A DNA stretch of 41,313 nt from a virus (Duplodnaviria > Caudoviricetes): positions 1-41,313 of IMG/VR virus record IMGVR_UViG_3300025889_000261; one strand, written 5' to 3'. The position numbers and the translations under genes were made by a program. Under the pieces are notes generated by a model, which had not been told where the DNA came from, did not search any database, and saw only the letters and a list, made by a program, of their open reading frames with translations. Positions 19,524 through 26,918 of the stretch are shown here, in pieces (position 1 is the first letter of the stretch; the number at the start of each line of letters is the position of its first letter).

Positions 19524-20185
19524 TATTCTGCATCATCTTCTGTAAATGATGCGAAGGATATGCCGTACGGGTCCCAATACGCTGTTCCGTCTATTGTCTT
19601 TAAGAACGAATAGCACTGTAGAAGTTCTGAAGCACCTTCAGCTAGCACAAGATTTTGTCTTAAAAACATATCATATAGGGGGAGCATACGCTTAAGTTTA
19701 ACGTTATTTCTCCCCTCAGATGGAGGGGTGTTCAATGTCACAGTATACGTGACAGCATCTTCATTTAAAGTTAGAGTGTAATCTTGCCCTTCTCGAAGCA
19801 CATTACCATCTACATCAACGTGTAAGAATCTGTTTAAAGATAACGATTCTCGTGTTGCGTAAGCATTTGCTAATGTTTTAGTTGATACAAACTCCGTTGT
19901 TGAACCGTCTCCGCTGAAAACATCTTGACCCTGCTGCATTAGAAGTTTGTTGCTTAGTGTATATACTATCGGCCTGCCTCCAACTTCTATTCTTGCCGCA
20001 CCTTTTTTCCAGTCTCTTTTGCTGTTATATGCTGACACATTTATGTTCAAAACTTCGTCTGCGATATTATGATTGGTTGAGTCAATTACACACCAAACGT
20101 TACCCGCTATATCCGTTGGATTACCTGACACGTCCCGTATTGTGATGTCCCCAGCCAAGCCTCTTATACTATATCTACCCATTTC
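19523..20185 (-). CDS. Putative fibre-associated structural protein with Ig-like domain
   Basis: 'FSGDGSTTEF...V.VDG.VL.EG.DYTL...V.LNTPP' motif; true start probably near 20182-20185 (MGRYS, after AAGGAG) rather than 20218. Confidence 0.55.
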   Translation of the reverse strand, partial: EMGRYSIRGLAGDITIRDVSGNPTDIAGNVWCVIDSTNHNIADEVLNINVSAYNSKRDWKKGAARIEVGGRPIVYTLSNKLLMQQGQDVFSGDGSTTEFVSTKTLANAYATRESLSLNRFLHVDVDGNVLREGQDYTLTLNEDAVTYTVTLNTPPSEGRNNVKLKRMLPLYDMFLRQNLVLAEGASELLQCYSFLKTIDGTAYWDPYGISFASFTEDDAE

Positions 20186-20193
20186 TTTCTCCT

Positions 20194-21684
20194 TTAATTT
20201 GACGCATACGAGACCCAATTAGTACCGTCTGATATTAGTAGACAAAACTTTCCAGGCCCCCCAAGCAATAGTGATGCGCCAGGTGTTGCTGTGTATATTG
20301 GTACAACATTGCTTGACGCACTTACGACAGCATGTACAGAAATATTTTTAAAGCGTAAATGCCGGCCAGGGGATGCCGATGCACTTGGAAGCGTAACCGT
20401 TATTTCCGACCCGGCATTACACACAAAAGCGTAATCATCTACACCAACCGTGAAGCTCGCTGTTTTTGTTACGGCAGGTTGAGAGTGGTACGTTTTATCA
20501 GTGTGACTTTTAATTGAAACGTATCTTTGATTCCCCGACGTATCTTTGTAAGAGAATTTTAAACTATTGTTTGATTCGTCTATAAAAGGATAACACGAGG
20601 CGTAAGACGTATTGCTAAGCCCGTTTTTACCGTATGCGGCGGTACCGTATACTAAAGCGGAATCATGTATGTTGTTGGTAGGTAGGGTTAATACTGATTT
20701 ATCCGCGTAAAACTGCTGACCGGCAATATATTTAGACGTACCGCCGTCATATATCCCAATCGACACATCGTTTAGCTTCGATTGAATATCTATTCCGGCA
20801 TAGCCGTCTGTTCCGCTTCCATCCGCTGTAGATGATAATGTTGTGGTTTTACGCGTAGAGTTGTAGCTTAATTCTGTTTTATACATTAACAGATTAGCCG
20901 CTGCATCCGCTGTAGTGTCCCCTATCTGTATGTCCCCTCGAACGACCAGCCCGTTCGTTGGAGCTGTCAAGAATGGACTTCCTATGCCTACTCCCCCGTT
21001 CACATCCAGCTTGTTAGTAGCTGTTGTGACTCCGATGCCGACGTTTCCGGCTGGCGATATATTCATCCGGTCGAGACCTGCAACCCAAAAAAACGCACCT
21101 CTGTCATCAGCATACCCAACGGCTGAATGGTGTGTCTCTCCGGCGGTAAGTCTTGAAAAATATATCTCAGAAGGGGCAGGTCCAGCTAAATACGTGTTTT
21201 CTACTGTTATGTGCTTAACGCCACCCCCTTGTTTTACGTGAAATAATCCAAAGGGGGACGTTGTTCCGATACCCAGCGAGCCCTCTATATATGTATTGCC
21301 TGATGTATTGCTTACAGTAAATTTAGAGTTTATGTTCAGGTCCATAAACATATTCACTTTTCCAGCTGCAAATAACCCCGAACCAAACCCAACGGCGTAA
21401 CCGTCATCAATAAAATTTGTACTTGCTAAATACTCAACCGGTGTCGTTAAGCCGACGGTACCTCCGTCAAATGACAATACACCTCCGGTTGGTGCTGAAA
21501 TAGCTAAACTTGGCGTATTTCCAGATGTTAAACTCAAAAATGTTCGATATGTAGTATCATCAATATCGTATGCGCTTAGTGAATATACATCGTTACTGCT
21601 TAATCCCGAACCTACAACGACTCCGTTGAGCATCGTGATATTCCCTGCCAGTGATTCTGAATATCGTCTTATTTTTTTTGGCAT
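20194..21684 (-). CDS. Tail fibre protein
   Basis: Repeated 'G.LGIGTT.P / GNVGIGVTT' fibre repeats; C-terminal 'ITVTLPSA...GR..FK...L.SDGTNW' domain. Confidence 0.75.
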   Translation of the reverse strand: MPKKIRRYSESLAGNITMLNGVVVGSGLSSNDVYSLSAYDIDDTTYRTFLSLTSGNTPSLAISAPTGGVLSFDGGTVGLTTPVEYLASTNFIDDGYAVGFGSGLFAAGKVNMFMDLNINSKFTVSNTSGNTYIEGSLGIGTTSPFGLFHVKQGGGVKHITVENTYLAGPAPSEIYFSRLTAGETHHSAVGYADDRGAFFWVAGLDRMNISPAGNVGIGVTTATNKLDVNGGVGIGSPFLTAPTNGLVVRGDIQIGDTTADAAANLLMYKTELSYNSTRKTTTLSSTADGSGTDGYAGIDIQSKLNDVSIGIYDGGTSKYIAGQQFYADKSVLTLPTNNIHDSALVYGTAAYGKNGLSNTSYASCYPFIDESNNSLKFSYKDTSGNQRYVSIKSHTDKTYHSQPAVTKTASFTVGVDDYAFVCNAGSEITVTLPSASASPGRHLRFKNISVHAVVSASSNVVPIYTATPGASLLLGGPGKFCLLISDGTNWVSYASN

Positions 21685-21842
21685 TATTTTTTATCTTTTT
21701 CTTTAGATATTTTCTTTGCGGACTCTAATTGAATAAGCGTATTTACAAGCAGTTTTGCCCCTTCAATATTCACTCCATTAAATTGAGCAGAGCTAAGCAC
21801 TGTTAGCGTGTTTTTAAGAAGTTGTTCAGATATCTCGTACAT
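21684..21842 (-). CDS. Small 52-aa protein missing from the ORF track (possible fibre chaperone)
   Basis: AGGAG SD; MYEISEQLLKNTLTVLSSAQFNGVNIEGAKLLVNTLIQLESAKKISKEKDKK; TAATG overlap with the fibre gene. Confidence 0.7.
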   Translation of the reverse strand: MYEISEQLLKNTLTVLSSAQFNGVNIEGAKLLVNTLIQLESAKKISKEKDKK

Positions 21843-21859
21843 TTTTTAATCTCCTATTA

Positions 21860-21883
21860 GGTGGCCTACAGTCATAGGCCACC
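21860..21883 (-). promoter_or_regulatory. GC-rich intergenic hairpin without U-tract
   Basis: GGTGGCCTA-6nt-TAGGCCACC perfect 9-bp stem. Confidence 0.55.
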
Positions 21884-21899
21884 CATTAAATAGATAGTG

Positions 21900-23339
21900 T
21901 TACGCGTTAGGAATTAGTTTGATTCGACCGTTAAATTCTTGCCCAACTGTTACTTCGATTTTTACATCTCCGCTTGATTTAACTTCATAAGCCATAACGT
22001 CGCCAGTTACTGCAATGTAATTAGTTCCGTCATCTTCCTCGACTAATATTGTGAATTTACCAGCCGTTAGCCCGTGAGTTGTTTGTGCCAACGTATAAAC
22101 GCCAGATGAAAAATCACCACTAACAAACGTATCTACATGTGGTTTTGCGGCCGTTGCAATTTGAGTAAATCCAACCCCACCATCTTTAATCTGGGCTGTT
22201 CCAGAGTTATTAGTTAAGGTCGCGTTATCAACCGTAACACCGGCTCCGTTAGCTCCTAACGAAATCGGAACAACAGTTGCCCCGGTTGTAGAGTCTGGGG
22301 CGATTTTTAATCCTGATGAGTTTTCAATCCCACCATTTGATGCAAGTTGAACCGCCGAACCGGCAACTTTGTTAGCGGTAGTAATTTGATTAAGTTTTGA
22401 ATCTGCAATCGATCCGGCAAGCATTGCATTGGTAATACCAAGGGCTTTTACTTGAACTGTATCCGTTGAAATTTCGATTGAGCTATTATCAACGTTTACG
22501 GCAAGTGCAGACCCTGCACCACCAGTTAAACCGGCACCGGCCGCAGCGGCTGAAATTCGTAGGTTGTTAGATCCATCGTCTTCAAGTCCAGAACCAGCGA
22601 AATCTGAAACGTCCGCAACAATAGCTCCACCAGTGATATCTATACCATCTCCGGCGGTGTAATTTCCGAAAGATGAAACCGCAAATGTTAATTCTGTTGT
22701 ATCAAGTGTGATAGCTGAATTTGTAGTCAAAATAGCACGCTGACCTGAATGTGTACCACCAAGTATCCACGTTTTCATTCCATAAGTGACTTTTGCGTTA
22801 GAATTAGCATCTACAGAACGAGATGCGGCACCTGATGCTACAACAACATAAATACCATTTTCCTCTGGATTTGTTTGCCCGTATAGTAATACTCGATCCC
22901 CTGTGCTTACTACATAACCATCGACAGTGTCGCCGTCTTGAAGTTCACTTGAAATATCCACGTTTGTTGAAGACGCAACGATAACAGGGTCTTTTGTATC
23001 TTCATTTAAGAATACGGCGTCAACATATCCCTTGCTTGCAGCGTCACCGCTATCAGAAGGAGAGGCAAGATTTGTAATAGTATTGCTGTTAGCGTCAATA
23101 TTACCGGATAATTGGTTATCAACCGATCTAACATCTTCAAGTGTTAAAGCCGCGACATCCGCAGATGTAGCGACTGTTTTTACACCGGCCCCATCCTGAT
23201 ACTTAATTACATCCCCACTTGTGTTATACCAAATTTCAGCCTCAGACCGGCTACCTTCCGATGTTGATTGTTCTAAAACTAAATTTAGAAGTTGGTTATC
23301 ATTAATATCCTTTTGTATTCTTTGCTTTTTTACTGGCAT
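21900..23339 (-). CDS. Head/tail fibre-like structural protein
   Basis: 'ITNLASP....DAASKGYVD', 'DRVLLYGQTNP.ENGIYVV', Gly-rich 'AGDGI/AGSGL/AGAGL' repeats; AAGGAG SD. Confidence 0.7.
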   Translation of the reverse strand: MPVKKQRIQKDINDNQLLNLVLEQSTSEGSRSEAEIWYNTSGDVIKYQDGAGVKTVATSADVAALTLEDVRSVDNQLSGNIDANSNTITNLASPSDSGDAASKGYVDAVFLNEDTKDPVIVASSTNVDISSELQDGDTVDGYVVSTGDRVLLYGQTNPEENGIYVVVASGAASRSVDANSNAKVTYGMKTWILGGTHSGQRAILTTNSAITLDTTELTFAVSSFGNYTAGDGIDITGGAIVADVSDFAGSGLEDDGSNNLRISAAAAGAGLTGGAGSALAVNVDNSSIEISTDTVQVKALGITNAMLAGSIADSKLNQITTANKVAGSAVQLASNGGIENSSGLKIAPDSTTGATVVPISLGANGAGVTVDNATLTNNSGTAQIKDGGVGFTQIATAAKPHVDTFVSGDFSSGVYTLAQTTHGLTAGKFTILVEEDDGTNYIAVTGDVMAYEVKSSGDVKIEVTVGQEFNGRIKLIPNA

Positions 23340-23398
23340 TTTTTTAGCTCCTTTTTTATGTGAACTAAAAGTGGATCAGGATCTTGCCCTGTCGTGTT

Positions 23399-23731
23399 TT
23401 AGTATATTTCTAATTTTCCGTTAAATTCCTGTCCGGAATCGACGGTAATAGTGATGTTCCCGTCCGCGTCTTTTATGATAGAAACCGTATCTGAATTTTC
23501 TTGAAATGTGTTATCTCCAAGATCTTCATAAGACTGGACAATACAATCAGCTCCTTTGTTGTGGGTTGATTCTGATACAGAAATGCTCCCATCAACGAAA
23601 TCGCCCGTTGTAAATGTATGCGTATAAGGTTCGATGTCGCTGGCAGATATAGAAGGCATGGCTATATATTTGGCCGTTGTGTAAATTGAATTTAACGATG
23701 TAACGACACTATCATTTATTTCTACTGACAA
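23399..23731 (-). CDS. Structural protein paralogous to the C-terminal domain of the 479-aa fibre
   Basis: Shared 'TF..GDF..G...TH...ED...GQEFNG' pattern; TTG start. Confidence 0.6.
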   Translation of the reverse strand: MSVEINDSVVTSLNSIYTTAKYIAMPSISASDIEPYTHTFTTGDFVDGSISVSESTHNKGADCIVQSYEDLGDNTFQENSDTVSIIKDADGNITITVDSGQEFNGKLEIY

Positions 23732-23732
23732 C

Positions 23733-24050
23733 TTAATCTCCCCAAATAAGCGACACCGTAGCGTCTGTTCCTGAAATTGCGGTTACATTTCCTCTAATGT
23801 ATTTCCACAAAGAATCAATAGCAAATCCATCGGTTGCAACCGTTGTTGATAATGTGAGTGTAATAGTGGCTAGATTTACAAAATTCACATTGTCTAAGCT
23901 CCCTTGAACTTTGATAGTTGCACTTCCAGATCCTGAACTTGTTGACCCAATTGCTTGAAATACGCGTGGACCTGGGTTGAGATCTTTTGACTCCCCAGCA
24001 CCGGTAGATGTGACGTCTTCCAATAAATAATTGCTATTTATTTTTCTCAT
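23733..24050 (-). CDS. Small beta-rich virion protein
   Basis: 'ATIKVQGSLD.VNFV.L..W.YIR' jelly-roll-like pattern; follows the capsid cement gene. Confidence 0.6.
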   Translation of the reverse strand: MRKINSNYLLEDVTSTGAGESKDLNPGPRVFQAIGSTSSGSGSATIKVQGSLDNVNFVNLATITLTLSTTVATDGFAIDSLWKYIRGNVTAISGTDATVSLIWGD

Positions 24051-24195
24051 CTTTATCTACTTTTGTTGGTTTTTGAGAGTCCAATTTTCTCATCCATTTA
24101 GAAGAAAAATCGGATTCATTTTTTAAAATAAATTCCTCATTTTCTTTTTTTAGTCTATCTTCGTAATATCCCAATTTAGTTGCTACTACTTTCAT
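24034..24195 (-). CDS. Small 53-aa protein missing from the ORF track
   Basis: AAGGGG SD; MKVVATKLGYYEDRLKKENEEF...FSSKWM, a type of small gene often found after capsid cement genes. Confidence 0.65.
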   Translation of the reverse strand: MKVVATKLGYYEDRLKKENEEFILKNESDFSSKWMRKLDSQKPTKVDKDEKNK

Positions 24196-24205
24196 AATTA
24201 GCCCC

Positions 24206-24640
24206 TTAGTTTCGTGTTACGTTATCAGGCATAGCAACCCAATTTTGAGAGTCGATAAGAAGATACCCGCTAAATTTACCTGTTGTTAAATCACCATTGG
24301 CGACGGTGTATTTTGTACGTAAATATCGCTGCATAACGGACCCAGGTGGAATCACGAATTTGATCTTGGTTCCTGCGGCAGAAACGGCGGCGAATGTTCC
24401 GATCGTTAATGCAGTAGTTGGCGATGAAAACGTCGACTCGGATGCCGTCTCAAGGGTAAGTGTCATTGTTGAGTTTGAGCTACTGTCAGTCATTGCAGTC
24501 GTTACAACATACTCACCGTAAATAGGCTTCCCACTGCCTAAATCTGGAATAACACTCTTTAAATCAATATAACTATCCGATGCTTCGGTAGTAAGATGCT
24601 CAGCGGCATCATCAAAAAAATTCTTATTGTCAACAAACAT
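24206..24640 (-). CDS. Capsid cement/decoration protein (Bbp16-like)
   Basis: 'MFVD...F.D..S..IDL...DLG.G.P' and 'RYLR..YTV..G..T.GKF' motifs; follows MCP. Confidence 0.8.
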   Translation of the reverse strand: MFVDNKNFFDDAAEHLTTEASDSYIDLKSVIPDLGSGKPIYGEYVVTTAMTDSSSNSTMTLTLETASESTFSSPTTALTIGTFAAVSAAGTKIKFVIPPGSVMQRYLRTKYTVANGDLTTGKFSGYLLIDSQNWVAMPDNVTRN

Positions 24641-24654
24641 GTAATTAATCCTCC

Positions 24655-25641
24655 TTATACTACTCTGGCTTCTGTATCTAACAACGCATCAGTAACGTGA
24701 ATTGGTATACCTCGAAAATCCATAACACGCTTACCATCAACCATGTTATATTCAAGTCCACCGCCTGAAATCACATCGTCTCTTCGTTGCTTATCTAGGC
24801 ATCGTGCGACTGTTCTATTCATATAAATAACTGGTCTTCCAGCACTTAGATTTTCAACTTTGTAAGTCAACTCGATTAATGCATCAATAAGATCTGCGGC
24901 AGATGAATTACTAATTAAATTAGATGTATCAATATTGCAGATACGACCAGCAAATCGCCAATCATGAAGCGCAAGACCGTGTTTCCACTGATACCAATCC
25001 ACATAGGCTCTATAAGTATCACCATTTTCATCTAATACTTCTTGCAATCCCAAGTCTTCGTGTTGTAGCCCCATTTTTGAGCCTTTTGGATAAATTCCAG
25101 AGATTGTATTTGGACCCCAAACTGTAAGCCAAATTGAGGTGTTATTAGATCCGGTGCCTGATGCGTCAATAATATTTCGGGCGTTTTGGGCACTTAATGA
25201 CGAATATCGCACTGATAGGCCATCAAAATACTCTGGATTACTTGGGGATGTAGACGAATAAAACATATTAGTTTCATAAGTGTCTCTTGCAGACTGTACA
25301 AAACCTTCAAATTGAATGCGTCGAAATTTTGCAATATCGCCGTTTAGTTCTGCAATATCTTTATCGACTTTTGAGCGCCCTTCCATAATTGCGATTGTCT
25401 CAGTGATTTGGGCGGTTGACGCTTTACTATCAGGAACCCCTTTGTTTGCGCGTCTGTAATAAAGTGGGGGCAATCCTGTTTGCTGAACAATCATGTGGCC
25501 CGTAGCTAGGTTACCTTCAACTATTGGAATATCATTAAATAATGAGTTTTCGCGACTCATCATTTTAATGATTCTGGATTCTACTGAATTGTCAGGCCCA
25601 CAAGCCTTTGCCCAATCCAGCGCAGTGATAAATTCTGACAT
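24655..25641 (-). CDS. Major capsid protein (BPP-1-like)
   Basis: 'L.DIP..EGN..TGH....TGLP...RR.N.GV..SK', 'F.GL..RY', 'TSIWL..WG', 'DWR...RICNID', 'FRGIPI...DALL.TEARV'; start placed at ATG 25641, 9 nt after AAGGAG. Confidence 0.92.
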   Translation of the reverse strand: MSEFITALDWAKACGPDNSVESRIIKMMSRENSLFNDIPIVEGNLATGHMIVQQTGLPPLYYRRANKGVPDSKASTAQITETIAIMEGRSKVDKDIAELNGDIAKFRRIQFEGFVQSARDTYETNMFYSSTSPSNPEYFDGLSVRYSSLSAQNARNIIDASGTGSNNTSIWLTVWGPNTISGIYPKGSKMGLQHEDLGLQEVLDENGDTYRAYVDWYQWKHGLALHDWRFAGRICNIDTSNLISNSSAADLIDALIELTYKVENLSAGRPVIYMNRTVARCLDKQRRDDVISGGGLEYNMVDGKRVMDFRGIPIHVTDALLDTEARVV

Positions 25642-25642
25642 A

Positions 25643-25720
25643 ATAATAATCTCCTTTTGATTCAAGGAGGCTTATTACGGGAGTAGCTAGAGTGCGTGTC
25701 CTCGTGCGTGCTTGATTATT
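25643..25720 (-). promoter_or_regulatory. Capsid leader: heptamer array plus SD-sequestering hairpin
   Basis: AGCACGC, GACACGC, GCTACTC, GCCTCCT at 12/13/16 nt spacing; GTAATAA-GC-CTCCTT pairs with AAGGAG-A-TTATTAT. Confidence 0.65.
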
Positions 25721-25952
25721 ATTTTTTGTTATGATTCAAGGAAGCTAATGAAGAAGTTATTAACGTGTCATAGCGTGCTTGATTATTTTCTTCTTTATTT
25801 TCGGTCCATTCCATCAAAGATTTAGAAATTGCTTTTGCATGTCTAACTAATGCTTCATGAAAACCGATTTTACTATTTTTAATATTTTTTTTTAAAATTC
25901 CTTTCGCGTGTCTAATTAATGAATCATGAAGACGAATGTCTCTATCGTGCAT
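25719..25952 (-). CDS. 77-aa protein with an internal 23-aa duplication, between scaffold and capsid
   Basis: Start MHDRDIRL after GGTGA; IRLHDSLIRHAKGILK versus IGFHEALVRHAKAISK. Confidence 0.6.
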   Translation of the reverse strand: MHDRDIRLHDSLIRHAKGILKKNIKNSKIGFHEALVRHAKAISKSLMEWTENKEENNQARYDTLITSSLASLNHNKK

Positions 25953-26580
25953 ATTTTTCACCATACAAAATTTGCTCGTCTGTTTTTTCAGTCGACGTAT
26001 TTTGCCCAGGCCGGATAAACGTATCATCAGATATTAGCTTTCCAATTTTAGAACAAAATCGGATAACCTCTGGATGATTACCATATCCAGTTTTTTCCAA
26101 GAAATCTTTGAACTCTTCTGAACCAAATTCATTGATAGCCCGTGAGGCCATTTCCGAATTTTTTACAAAATTAGGGCCTCCAATTTCTTTATCGGCTTGC
26201 GCGTCACTTTTCCACTGCTCGGACATTTTTTCGAAATCCGAAATCTGTGTATTAATATAACGCTGAACTGCTGTATTTTCCCGAGTTACCAGCTCTTGAG
26301 CTTGTTCGTTGGACAATCCTTGCTTTTTGGCAAAGCCTGCAATCTCATCCAAAATTTCCTCGCTGATTAGCGGGTTTTCAGGCAGTTTTAAATCATATAA
26401 AACATCCGGTTTTTGATCGGTGTTTTGCTCAGTTTCTTGCGAATCTGTTTGTTTTTCAGGCTTTTGAATAGCCGATTCAGTAGTTGTATTAGCGTCTGAA
26501 TTATGTACATTGCTTTGTTGCTCCGTAGTTGTTGCTGATGTGCTTGTTGTTTCTGCGGATTCAATTATTTCATCTGTCAT
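25942..26580 (-). CDS. Capsid scaffolding/assembly protein
   Basis: Acidic disordered N-terminus; 'YDLKLPE', 'GLSNEQAQELV', 'D.EIGG', 'TGYGNHPEVIRFC.KIGK.ISDD'. Confidence 0.85.
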   Translation of the reverse strand: MTDEIIESAETTSTSATTTEQQSNVHNSDANTTTESAIQKPEKQTDSQETEQNTDQKPDVLYDLKLPENPLISEEILDEIAGFAKKQGLSNEQAQELVTRENTAVQRYINTQISDFEKMSEQWKSDAQADKEIGGPNFVKNSEMASRAINEFGSEEFKDFLEKTGYGNHPEVIRFCSKIGKLISDDTFIRPGQNTSTEKTDEQILYGEKYAR

Positions 26581-26918
26581 TTTTTACCTCGCTTTACTGC
26601 CTCATCCATCATTTTATAGAACAAATCAGGCGAAAAACCCGTTGCTTCTGACATAAGTTTTAAGCCAACGTTTCGCATCCCCTCCTTAAAATAAACATGA
26701 TTCTCCCTATTTTCTTGATAAGAAAGCTCAAATACACCGCAATATGACAACAATTCCCAATAAAATCTTCGACCGCTTTCTGATGATAGAATTTCGACTA
26801 CATCATGGCGGTGGTCTTTTAAACGATCTTCTTGTTTTTGTTTTGCTTTTTTAACTTGCTCCCTATCCGCTGCGTTACCAACTAAAGATTTAGTCATAAA
26901 CACTTTTCGATTATTCAT
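26577..26918 (-). CDS. Bbp19-like protein
   Basis: 'L.SE.GRRF.W.LL..CGVF..S...F.EG.R.VGL' motif; after portal. Confidence 0.75.
   Translation of the reverse strand: MNNRKVFMTKSLVGNAADREQVKKAKQKQEDRLKDHRHDVVEILSSESGRRFYWELLSYCGVFELSYQENRENHVYFKEGMRNVGLKLMSEATGFSPDLFYKMMDEAVKRGKK

Noticed and set aside
3655-23339. BPP-1-type diversity-generating retroelement
   Set aside because: No reverse transcriptase gene and no template/variable repeat pair differing at adenines was seen
25640-25790. Mini-CRISPR array
   Set aside because: Repeats are 7-15 nt and imperfect with no repeat-spacer periodicity; the Cas4-like gene is explained as the RecT partner
25953-26027. N-terminal extension of the 102-aa ORF as given in the track
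   Set aside because: It overlaps the scaffold gene; ATG 25952 with a GGTGA SD is the more plausible start
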